From the human T2T-CHM13v2.0 reference genome, Homo sapiens: DNA of 64,000 bases. A model generated the notes under the pieces. It saw only the letters and a list, made by a program, of their open reading frames with translations, had not been told where the DNA came from and did not search any database. Of this stretch, positions 23,426 through 37,027 are shown in pieces. Both the position numbers and the translations under genes were made by a program. Positions within the stretch are counted from its first letter, which is position 1. The number at the start of each line of letters is the position of its first letter. The DNA is taken from assembly GCF_009914755.1 (NCBI RefSeq), contig NC_060931.1. One strand, given 5' to 3'.

Positions 23426-23579
23426 TCAATCTCAAAAAAAAAAAAAAAAAAAAAAAAATCGTCCAGGCACAGTGGCTCAAGCCTGTAATCCCAGCACTTT
23501 GGGAGGCCCAGGCGGGCGGATCACGAGGTCAGGAGATCGAGACCATCCTGGCTAACACGGTGAAACCCCGTCTCCACTA

Positions 23580-23828
<249 letters not shown>

Positions 23829-24096
23829 TCACTTGAGCCTAGGAGTTCCAGACCAGCCTGGGCAACATGGCAAGACCCTGTCTCTACAAAAAAATACAAA
23901 AATTAGCTGGGCGTGGTGGTGTGCACCTGTAGTCCCAGCTACTTAGGAGGCTGAGGTGGGAGGATCACTTGGGACCAAGAGATAGAGGCTACAGTGAGCA
24001 GTGATTGTACCCCTGCACTGTAGCCTGGGTAACAGAGCCAGACACTGTCTCAAAAAATAATAATAATAACAAATAGAAAAATTAAAATCATATTTA

Positions 24097-24527
<431 letters not shown>

Positions 24528-24597
24528 TCATGCAACTGCACTCCAGCTTGGGCGACAGAGTGAGACTTCGTCTCAAAATAAATAAATAATTAATTAA

Positions 24598-24831
<234 letters not shown>

Positions 24832-25089
24832 TAGTAGAGACGGGTTTTCACCGTGTTAGCCAGGATGGTCTCCATCTGCTGACCTTGTGATCTGCCCGTC
24901 TCGGCCTCCCAAAGTGCTAGGATTACAGGCGTGAGCCACCGCACCTGGCTGCAAATGCTACTTTCTCCATGAAAAATTTTCTGCTTTGTGTCTAGCTTTC
25001 TTGTGCCATCTTGACACATTTACCTGAGTGTATATTGTATTTGATTCATTCGTCATATCTGCTTGAATCAGATGGTTATTGCTGGCGAA

Positions 25090-25320
25090 TAGACAACAGT
25101 ATTTAAGAATTCGGGCTTTGGATCCGAGCAGGTTTAGATCAAAATCTGGTTGTGCCATCTGTGTATCCCAGGCTGAGTACTGAGCCTTTCTGAGCCTCTT
25201 TAGCATGAGGGTGGAGGGGCATTCGGAGCACTTGCCACAAAGGCAGCAAGCAATGAGATAATCTATTAAGTGTCGAGCCTGGTGTGTGGCTCCAAGGACT
25301 GCTCAATACATGTCAGCCAT
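25090..25320 (+). mobile_element. MIR
   Basis: TTAAGAATTCGGGCTTTGGA...TTTCTGAGCCTC...GAGATAAT...TGCTCAATA. Confidence 0.6.
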
Positions 25321-25610
25321 AATCACATGTTTCTGGAGAGCACAGATGGTCTTGCAGGCTTTCCAGAATATAGTAGGTGTTCAGATTCTTTCTTGATACT
25401 CATTGGTGCCCCTCGCTTTCTTCCATTATCTCCGGGTCAGTCTGAGCTCATCTGGGATTGGAAAACACAGCAGGCTGGTATGAATGAAGTCAGCCTACAG
25501 CCCCAGGTACAAGCCAGAGTGTGGTCAGCCCCCTCTCTAGGTTTAGCGGGAAGGGAATGGATAATTAACACTTTCTCACTGCTGGGAAAACAATGAAAAG
25601 TACTTGATAG

Positions 25611-26162
<552 letters not shown>

Positions 26163-26279
26163 TAGGTCCACGGTGGAAACAAAAAGAGAAAAGGAAGGAT
26201 GCAGGTATTTGTTGTCAGCATTTAACCTAGATTTTTCTTCTCTTGATTTTATGACTATGTTGCAAAGCTATAGGTTGTC

Positions 26280-26287
<8 letters not shown>

Positions 26288-26317
<30 letters not shown>
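26288..26317. repeat. (TA)n microsatellite at the truncation point of the MER44 fragment
   Basis: Read directly. Confidence 0.9.
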
Positions 26318-26319
<2 letters not shown>

Positions 26320-26324
26320 AATTG

Positions 26325-26496
26325 TTCTAACATCTATAACAATATACCGTAATAAAAGTTATGTGACTGTGGTCTGTCTCTGCCTCTCTCTCAAAAATAT
26401 CTTCTTGTACTGAACTCAGCTATTTTTGGACCGCGGTTGACCGTGGGTAACTGAAACTGCAGAAAGCGAAACTGCAGATAAGAGGGGGAACTACGG
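26325..26496 (-). mobile_element. MER44A-like MITE fragment, inverted, abutting the Tigger7 copy at a TA
   Basis: TATTTTTGGACCGCGGTTGACCGTGGGTAACTGAAACTGCAGAAAGCGAAACTGCAGATAAGAGGGGGAACTACGG-TA is the reverse complement of the MER44 5' end. Confidence 0.8.
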
Positions 26497-27291
26497 TAGA
26501 CGCCACCCACCCGTTAGTCACTTGGGAGCCGTCTGGGTTATCAGATCAACTGTCTGCAAGTATTGCATTGTTTGTGTTCAAATCACCCTTATTTTCCATC
26601 ATAATGGCCCCAAAGCACAAGAGTAGTGATGCTGGGAATTTGGATAGGCCAAAGAGAAGCCGTAAAGTGCTTCCTCTAAGTGAAAAGGTGAAAGTTCTCG
26701 ACTTAATCAGGAAAGACAAAAAATCCTATGCTGAGGTTGCTAAGATCTACGGGAAGAATGAATCTTCCATCCGTGAAATTGTGAAGAAGGAAAAAGAAAT
26801 TCGTGCTAGTTTTGCTGTCTCACCTCCAACTGCTAAAGTGACGGCCACAGTGCGTGATAAGTGCTTAGTTAAGATGGAACAGGCACTGCATTTGTGGGTG
26901 GAAGAGATGAACAGAAAACGTGTCCCCATTGACAGCAACATGTTGCGCCAGAAAGCCTTGAGCCTATACCAAGACTTCAGCAAGGGATGCTCTGAAACTG
27001 ACACCAAGCCATTTACTGCGAGTAAGGGATGGTTACACAGATTCAGGCATAGATTCTCACATCATTACAAGAAGAAGAAGGGTGAGTACAGTACAAGTTA
27101 TTTTGAGAAAGAGGAGAGAGAGAGAGAGATGGATCACATTCGCCTAACTTAGTACTTGCTATACTTGTTCTATTTTGTTATCATTGTTGTTAATTTCTTC
27201 CTGTGCCTAATTGGATTTGGTATTATCCAAGGTTTCAGGCATCCACTAGCCATCTTGGAATGTGTCCCCCACAGATAAGAGGGGACTACTG
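26497..27291 (+). mobile_element. Internally deleted Tigger7/MER44 DNA transposon (TcMar-Tigger), left end missing
   Basis: Contains the transposase 5' ORF. The right TIR ...CAGATAAGAGGGGACTACTG ends at 27291 and is followed by a TA target dinucleotide. Confidence 0.88.
26604..27081 (+). CDS. Tigger7-derived transposase DNA-binding region (CENP-B_N/psq-type HTH + HTH_Tnp_Tc5), 159 codons up to a splice donor; candidate coding alternative first exon of GTF2I (182 aa if unspliced, stop 27150-27152)
   Basis: Open frame MAPKHKSSD...RKVLPLSEKVKVLDLI...YAEVAKIYGKNESSIREIVKKEKEI...KMEQALHLWVEEMNRKRVPIDSNMLRQKALSLY...FTASKGWLHRFRHR shows the pogo/Tigger/CENP-B HTH signatures. Kozak ATAATGG is good (A at -3, G at +4). 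The exon ends at AAGG|GTGAGT. Confidence 0.7.
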
Positions 27292-27314
27292 TATTCGCTC
27301 TCTCTCTCTCTCTC

Positions 27315-27823
<509 letters not shown>

Positions 27824-29161
27824 TCATCTACATATCATCTGATTTCCCCAAATCCCTGGAGGAGGCAGAGAAAATACTATGGAGGTTTTATTTTTAACAA
27901 CTTAAATTTAGAGCTTTATATTTAAAAACTTAAATTTTAAAACTTCAAAAAACAACTACAATGTTAACATAATCCTAAATAGCAGATAAAATTCATCTAA
28001 ATCCTGCTACCCCAACAAAGAAAACTGTTTATTTCAACTGGTGCTACATGAATATTCGTTTTACTGTGTCGGCCAGATGCTCACACAAAAGGCAGAGCTG
28101 GAGCTGGAAGGTCTATTTAGATCACACCTACATTATTAATTGTTATGAATAAATTATAACTTGGATTTAGTCTTTTTTCCCCACCTTTGGATGAATTCTA
28201 AGAACCATACATACTGGAAAAGGTCGTCATTTATTCAGGATTCTAAATATTCAAATTATTCAAACAAAAAACCATTCAAAAACAGTGTTTTATAATCAGT
28301 ATTAAAAAATATCATTGTGGTTGGATGTGTTGGCTCATGCCTGTAATCCCAGCACTTTGCGAGGCTGAGGCAGGCAGATTACAAGGTCAGGAGTTTGAGA
28401 CCAGCCTGACCAACATGGTAGAATCCCGTCTCTACCAAAAATACAGAAATTAGCCGGGCGTGGTGGTGCTCGCCTGTAATCCTAGCTACTCAGGAGGCTG
28501 AGGCAGGAGAATCGCTTGAACATGGGAGACGGAGGTTGCAGTGAGCCGAGATCACGCCACTGCTCTCCAGCATGGGATACAGAGTGAAACTCTGTCTTAA
28601 AAGAAAACAAACAAAAGAAAAAGTGGCTGGGCACGGTGGCTCATGCCTGTAATCCCAACACTTTGGGAGGCCGAGGTGGGCGGATCATGAGGTCAGGAGT
28701 TCGAGACCAGCCTGACCAACATAGTGAAACCCTGTCTCTACTAAAAATACAAAAATTAGCTGGGCCTGGTGGCACGCACCTGTAATCCCAGCTACTCAGG
28801 AGGCTGAGACAGGAGAATTGCTTGAACCCGGGAGGCGGAGGTTGCAGGAGCCGAGATCGCGCCATTGCACTCCAGCCTGGGCAACTGGAGTGAGAGACCT
28901 TGTCTCAAAACAAAAAGCAGAAAACAAAAAAACAGAGTATCTGAACTTTCACCAGAATTATGGTTTTGGGCAATCTGGTCTGGGCGCAGTGGCTGAAAGT
29001 GCAATGGCAGCACTTTGGGAGTCCGAGGTGGAAGGATCACCTGGGCTTAGGAGTTTGAGACCAGCCTGGCCAACATGACCAACATGGTGAAACCTCGTCT
29101 CTACTAAAAATCCAAAAATTAGCCGGGTGTGGTGGTGTGCACCTATAATCCCGGCTACTCA

Positions 29162-29263
<102 letters not shown>

Positions 29264-29600
29264 TCAAAAATAATAATAATAATAATAAATAAATATAATA
29301 TAATATATGAGAGACGGTGGGTGCAGGTGCTCTCGCCTGTAATCATAGCACTTTGGAAGGCTGAGGCAGGAGGATTGCTTGAAGCCAGGAGTTTGGAACC
29401 AGCCCGGTCAACATAGCAAGACTCCATCTCTACCAAAAAAAAAATGATATAACAGAGTCACCAAAAGAGTATTCAGTTTGGATTCAAAAAAACATCTTTA
29501 AAAAGAGCATATGATCCCAACAACAGAGATCTCAACAAAGTGGCATAACCACCGTTCTGTCACCGTGGGCTTTCAGGGGTTCCTATGCAGGGTCCCATGA

Positions 29601-30092
<492 letters not shown>

Positions 30093-30500
30093 TGAGCCAC
30101 CGCGCCAATCACATGCTATTTCAAAGCAGTCAACGAAGCTCTAAGCCCAGAGTCTAAGCGAAGATGCATCTGAGTTGGTGGAAGTGCTCACGTGGGGTCC
30201 AGATCCATCTCTAGCTTGGCCAAGGCCCATTTGACCTGGCTTTGTTTCCCACCAAACAGAAGAATGGAAAAGTCACATCATATGGACGCTTATCTGAAGA
30301 CTAAGCTAAACATTAACAAAAAGAGAGGGGGAAATAATTGAAATAACATGGATGGTTCTGCCAGCTGTTGGACTCTGTACTTATGTCCTGACTGACCATG
30401 AGCTGAGAGCCGCAAATCTGCTCTTGCTGAAGCCCCAATCCAGTCTGCATCTCTTGGTATATGCATCCTGTGATTCTAGTATTTTTTTTTTTTTTTTTGA

Positions 30501-30605
<105 letters not shown>

Positions 30606-30872
30606 TGAGTAGCTGGGATTACAGGCATGCGCCACCACGCCCGGCTAATTTTATATTTTTAGAAGAGATGTGGTTTCTCCATGTTGCTGAGGCTGGTCTC
30701 GAACTCCTAACCTCAGGTGATCTGCCTGCCTCGGCCTTCTAAAGTGCTGGGATTACAGGCATGAGCCACTGTGCCCAGCCCGATTCTAGTCTTTAAAGGA
30801 GGATTTCCTGGCTGGGTGCAGTGGTTTACGCCTGTAATCTCAGCACCTTGGGGGGCTGAGGCAGGCAGATCA

Positions 30873-31154
<282 letters not shown>

Positions 31155-31569
31155 TCAACTATTATTTTTCTTCTGTTGCCCAATCCCCAAAACAGTAATC
31201 TGATCCTACATTTGAAAAAAAACCTGGGCCCAGTGCAGTGCCTCATGCCTGTAATCGCAGCACTTTGGAGGCCACGGCAGGAGGCTTATTTGAGCCCAAG
31301 AAGTCAAGACCAGCCTGGGCAACATAGTGAGACCCGTCTCTACAAAAAACGAAATTAGCTGGGTGTGGTGGCACATACATGTTGTCCCAGGCATTTGGGA
31401 GGCTAAGGTGGGAGGATGGCTTGAATCTGGAGTTGGAGGCTGCAGTGAGCTGTGATCGAACCACTGCAGTGCAGCCTGGGTGATACAGTAAGACCCTGTC
31501 TCAAAAACAGGAAAAAAAAAAAGTAAAACAAAACCCCAGCTTTGCAGAGAGATAGTATCCAAAGTGATT

Positions 31570-32290
31570 TATAACAATGGCCACAATTAATGTAGTATCT
31601 ATGCCACTAAGATGAAGGAGAAATTGGTTGACAAGTGTTCCAACAAGCCGCAGTGAGCCAGACCTTAATGAAGACAGAACACGCAAGATCTTTATGACTG
31701 TAACACATGAATTTGAGGGTTACAAACCTTAATGGCAAAATGCTCAGAAAAACGCTTTGTCTGCATACACATTGCCTCAACAGAGACAGCTTTCTGACTA
31801 GAGGTAATTCAAAACCAGCTCATGTTGACCTAACCGTTTTAGGAATTGCTTCAGTCTCAAAGAAGTTGGAGTTGTTTATGAAGAGGCAGCAAAATTCCAC
31901 TGTGGGCCCGGTGCGGTGCTCACGCCTGTAATCTCAGCACTTTGGGAGGCTGAGGAAGGCAGATCACTTGAGGTCAGGAGTTCGAGAACAGTCTGGGCAA
32001 CATGTTTAGTAGAAACCCGTCTCTACTAAAAATACAAAAATTAGCTGGGCGTGGTAGTGCACGCCTATAATCCTAGCTACTCAGGAAGCTGAGGCAGGAG
32101 AATCACTTGAACCCGGGAGGTAGACGTTGCCGTGAGCCGAGATCGCGCCACTGCACTCCAGCGTGGGTGACGGAGCGAGGCTCGGTCTCAAAAAAAAAAT
32201 TCCACTGTGAACCACTAAACAAATTCATAGAAGAAAGGAACTACCTTCCAAACGTTTTCACGATGATAAGAGTCATCTTGGCTAAATAAA
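31570..32290 (+). mobile_element. Ancient decayed Tigger-type transposase fragment interrupted by an Alu (~31905-32200)
   Basis: Broken frames give MNLRVTNLNGKMLRK/ALS and [25 protein letters not shown], resembling the pogo HTH end and the pre-DDE linker. The Alu TSD AATTCCACTGTG lies on both sides. Confidence 0.55.
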
Positions 32291-33822
32291 CTTCTGCCTT
32301 GCTAACTCACTTTGTAACATCCCCCCAAATTCTACTCCACGACTCCACTATACCCAGGAAATCCTTTCCCTGACCCCTCCAGGTGGAGAAACCACTCTCT
32401 CAACAAAAGATACTCACTGAAGTCCACAGCAGCTGAAATCTGCATCTCGTAGGCTGGCTGCTCTTACTAGAGTGAGTTATAGGCTTCTCAAGAGTTAAAT
32501 TTGTTCCTAAATATATGCCAGTGGCACGTGGTATTGGGAATAGAGAATTTAATTAAATATTACTAAATGTCAATGAAATACAAGTGCAAAAAGAAAGTTG
32601 CTCTTGTGCAAACTTAATGAATGACTTTCGAGACAATCGACAAAGGAGAGTCACAATCTTATTAGGCAAGGACCGAAGGGATCCTAGACATTGTCCGGGA
32701 AATCGCAAAAATTCAGGCTTCTGTAATCAGATTGCTTCTCCGGTGAGCTTTACGCTCTCCATGTATTTTTCAAAAAAAATCCAACATGAAAATTCTAGAG
32801 GAGGCTTTATTGGGTGCGGTCTGTGCAAGAGAGACGATGGGGAATGCCAATCGGAGAACCCAGATTGAAAGGAAAGGTTTTTGGAACCCACATCAAAAGA
32901 CTGGCTGCTCGGAAAGTTTTCTCGCTAGCGACAAAGGCTTGGAGGCTGGAAAAAGCGTCGTGGTCGCCACCTACCGAGAAGCGGCGGGTGGGGGGAGGAT
33001 GGCCGTCGTGGCCCGAATCCCCAGTGGGTGGTACTGGGTGGGGGGGCGGGCGGGAATCAAAAAACCACTCAATCTCGTGCTTTACATAAACATCTAAAAA
33101 TCGTCGGCCTCGGGGTTGTAAAGTTTTGGAGTTTAACTTAGGTGAACAGTAATGTCTCTCCATTTTCAAAACCCACCGGCTAATTCAAGTTGAGAAGCAA
33201 AAAATAGTGGTAGGGGGAGGAGTTTGAGTTAAATCGCATCGCGGTTGACAGAACAAAACAGGAGCTACGAGTCAGGATTTCTGCTCCCACTCCCTTGCAA
33301 GTTTCCTTCCAAATCCTGAGGGAGAGATAGAGGCGGAGGGTCTGGGGGAGGAATTAAAACACAAGGTCTCCTCCCCTCTCGCCTGTCCGAACTTGGGGGC
33401 AACGGTCTCTTTGGAGGCCAGCTTGGAAAACACTAGAGAGGAGTTCTTTGTGTCCTGGAGGGTGGTGCAAGGCGGAAGGACTCCCCTTTTGCAGAGCAAG
33501 GAGGGCGACGGCCCAGCCCGGGGCTCCCCGGCTTTTGCAGCTTCCCTGCCTCGCAATTTGCAAGGAATGTGGGGTGCAAGAGCAAGTGGCGGACTTGGAC
33601 GGCGGCTGGCGCTCGGTGGGGACGACGCCGGAGCCACCACCCGTCCAGATTTCCGTTTCTGCACCCCGGCTCCCCTCCCCCACCCGGGCGGCCGCGCAGG
33701 CCCCAGGTGCAGCCATGTTCTCGCTCCCACCACCCTCGCCTCCATTGACAGCCCTTGCTGGAGAGGGCCGGGCGCCGCGCTTGCCTCGTCCTCGGGTTCG
33801 GGGCTAGCCGGCGCGGTGCTTC

Positions 33823-33889
33823 CTGGGAGTTGTAGTCCACGACCGCCGCCGCCGCGTTGACGGGGAACGCATCCGAAACTACAACTCCC
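33823..33889. promoter_or_regulatory. Inverted pair of ACTACAACTCCC motifs (ZNF143 SBS2 / THAP11-HCFC1 type)
   Basis: CTGGGAGTTGTAGTCC at 33823-33838 (minus-strand GGACTACAACTCCCAG) and AACTACAACTCCC at 33877-33889. Confidence 0.8.
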
Positions 33890-33907
33890 GCTGGGCGGCG
33901 CTGCGGA

Positions 33908-33919
33908 TGCGCAGGCGCA
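33908..33919. promoter_or_regulatory. NRF1-type motif TGCGCAGGCGCA
   Basis: Close match to the NRF1 consensus YGCGCANGCGCR, immediately upstream of the TSS region. Confidence 0.7.
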
Positions 33920-33936
33920 ACGCGCCTTCGAGGAAC

Positions 33937-33998
33937 AAAAAAAAAAAAAAAAAAAAAAAAGAAAAAAAAGAAAAAAAAAAGGAGGAGGAGGAGGAGGG
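33937..33998 (+). repeat. Poly(A) tract A24-G-A8-G-A10 followed by (GGA)n
   Basis: Read directly from the sequence at the TSS region. Confidence 0.95.
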
Positions 33999-34350
33999 TG
34001 AGAGAGAAGCTGGGAGAGCAGAGAAAAGGGGCCACCGGTCGCCCCCCCGCTTCCCCGCACGCGCTCTCCAGCCGCGGCCGCCCGCCTGCCGCGGTCACCC
34101 CGGCCTCTGCCTCTGTCCCCCAGTGATCGGATCAAGGCGCTGAGCGAGGCCCTGCCTGCGGGGCGGCCATGCGGCGGTGACAGGAGCGCGACCGACACGC
34201 ACGGGCCCCTCGCCCCCTCTCGCCTCCCGTCCGCTCGCCAGCTCCCCTCAGCCGAGGCTGCTCCGCGGCGGCCGCAGCCCGCGCGCGGCCCACACTCGCC
34301 TCCCCTCGGCACCCCCGGCCCCGGAGCTGCCTGGAGGCGGCCGCACTCGG
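33981..34350 (+). other. GTF2I: GTF2I non-coding exon 1 (5' UTR); 5' boundary approximate
   Basis: The sequence GGAGGAGGAGGGTGAGAGAGAAGCTGGGAGAGCAGAG...GGAGGCGGCCGCACTCGG matches my recollection of the GTF2I mRNA 5' end. It sits in a CpG island and ends at consensus donor CGG|GTGAGT (GT at 34351-34352). Confidence 0.9.
34169..34180 (+). other. uORF ATG CGG CGG TGA (Met-Arg-Arg-stop) in exon 1
   Basis: GCGGCCATGCGGCGGTGA with a purine at -3; the only ATG I see in exon 1. Confidence 0.7.
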
Positions 34351-34750
34351 GTGAGTCCCTCTCGCCTCATCCCCGCGCCCCCCGCCCCCGCCTCGGGGGC
34401 CATTGCGAGCGGGGGCCTTTATTAGAGACTTTGCCCCGCCGGGGCCTGCAGGGACAGGGGCCTGGGAGCCGCGGCCCGCCGCGCGCGGTGTGGGGCCTTG
34501 GGGGGCGCCCGTGCCGCCTCCCCCTACCCCCACCCCCACCGCCTCGCCGGGTCTCGAGCCCCGCCGGCCTTGGCAGTGGCCGAAACGAGGCGATGGGGGT
34601 GGGGCGGCACGGACGCGGTCGCGGGGGACGACAGTGGCACGCGCGCGCCTCAGTGCGCGTGGGGGAGGGGCGCGCGCGCCGACCGGCGTGCGGTGGGGGG
34701 GCGCCTCGCGCGTGCGATCCCGCGCGCGAGCGAGCGAGCGGCCCTGCGGG

Positions 34751-34975
34751 CTGCGCATGCCCCGCCGCGCTGATTGGCCGGCTAGGCGGTGCGGGGGCGC
34801 GCGCGGTGCCAGGCCCGAGCCGTCGTGGGGTCGCGCTCGCCTGGTGTATCTGGGGCTCCTGCGCCGGGGCAGCAGACGCGCGGGATTGGCCAACCGGCGC
34901 GGGGGCGGGGCCGCGCGTTGCCTGGTAACTGCGGCGGGCGGGGGAGCGGGAGCGCTGTCCCCCGCCCCGCCCCGC
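34751..34975. promoter_or_regulatory. Second promoter-motif cluster at the start of intron 1 (NRF1-like, two ATTGG/CCAAT boxes, GC boxes)
   Basis: TGCGCATGC at ~34752, TGATTGG at 34771-34777, GGATTGGCC at ~34883-34891, GGGGCGGGGC at ~34902, CCCCGCCCCGCCC at ~34960. Confidence 0.55.
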
Positions 34976-35373
34976 TCCCAGGTGGAGTCCGCAGTGGGCT
35001 TTGTCCCGGGCCGGCCCGGCGCGCCTGCCCCGCGGGGCCTGTTCTTTGGGGGAAATAAACACAATGACCGGAAGGAAAACTTCAGCTTTAGGCCATGAAA
35101 ATTAAGCCGTCTGGGTTCAGCCAGCACCCAGACGACGGGAGTGCAGAGGAAGAAGGAAAATGAAATGGAAAAAGCTGTCTCCTTCCCGCTCCCCGACTTC
35201 TCCACTTTTTCTTAATCCAGCTTTTGCTTTTTCGTGTAGCGAATTTTGTCCTCCCTAGGTTATGGATTTGCGCTGATTTGCGGCTGGGGATGTTCACAGG
35301 TGGGGTGCTGTTGGAGTAGTGTCCACTCTTGGCGATGCGCAGCTCTTGCTGACTACTGACCTCCTTTTTTTAA

Positions 35374-35523
<150 letters not shown>

Positions 35524-36376
35524 TAGAAACAGGGTCTCTCTGTGTTGCCCTGGCTGAAGCGCAGAGTGGCACAATCATAGCACATTGCAGCCTCCAACAC
35601 CTGGGCTCCAGCGATCCTCCTGCCTCAGCCTCCTCAGTGGCTGGGACTACAGGCGCATGCCATCATGCCCTGCTAATTTTTTTTTTTTTGAGATGGAGTC
35701 TCACTCTGTGGCCCAGGCTGAAGTGCACTGGTGTGATCTCGGCTCACTGCAACCTCTGCCTCCCGGGTTCAAGCCGTTCTCCTGCCTCAGCCTCCTGAGT
35801 AGCTGGGATTACAGGCGTGCCCACCACGCCCGGCTAATTTTTGTATTTTTAGTAGAGATGGCGTTTCACCATGTTGGCCAGGCTGGTCTCCAACTCTTGA
35901 ATCAAGCTGAAAGCAATCGGCCCGCCTCGGCCTGCCACCAAAGTGCTGGGATTACAGGCGTGAGCCACCGCCCTGGGTCACGCCTGGCTAATTTAAAATT
36001 TTTTTTTAGAGATGGGGTCTTCTTGTGTTGCCTAGGCTGGTCGGGAACTCCTGGACTCTGGTGATCCTCCCGTTTAGGCCTCCCAAAGTGGTGGGAGTAC
36101 AGGCTTGAGCCACCACGCTGGGCCTCATCTCTTTTAAATTCAACTTTGCCGCAGACAATGGCTTGATCAGCCAACAGTGCAGAGGAGAAGTCTCCAGTCC
36201 TTCAGGGAACAAAAGGGGAAGTTAGTTTGCAAATGAGAACGTGCAGGTAGAGTGCCCTGCGGAGGCGGGGTCTTCTCCCCAGGCTGAGGCCTGTGGTGTG
36301 GGATGACCGATTTTATTTCCTGCTACAGGATTTTTCTGTGGCTGCTACCTTGGCTTTCGTTTCTCCTCCTCCTTGA

Positions 36377-36601
<225 letters not shown>

Positions 36602-36757
36602 TAGCTGGGATTACAGGCGCCTGCCCCCAAGCCCCGCTAATATTTGTATTTTTAATAGAGACGGTGTTTCGCCATGTTTGTCAGGCTGGTCTTGAACTCC
36701 TGACTTCAGGTGATCCGCCTGCCTCGGTCTCCGAAAGTGCTGGGATTACAGGCGTGA

Positions 36758-37027
<270 letters not shown>

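Larger units (their letters stand above)
32930..35100. promoter_or_regulatory. GTF2I: CpG island / GTF2I major promoter
   Basis: Very high GC and CpG density, free of Alus, with multiple GC boxes; it spans exon 1. Confidence 0.93.

Noticed and set aside
26568-26603. ORF-track start at TTG 26568
   Set aside because: A non-ATG start. The transposase-like sequence and the good Kozak ATG begin at 26604.
26497-27291. Active autonomous transposon
   Set aside because: The DDE catalytic domain and the proper left TIR are absent.
33272-35205. Long ORFs (346, 357 and 231 aa) across the CpG island on both strands
   Set aside because: GC-rich, stop-poor shadow frames with low-complexity R/P/G/A composition and no domain signature.
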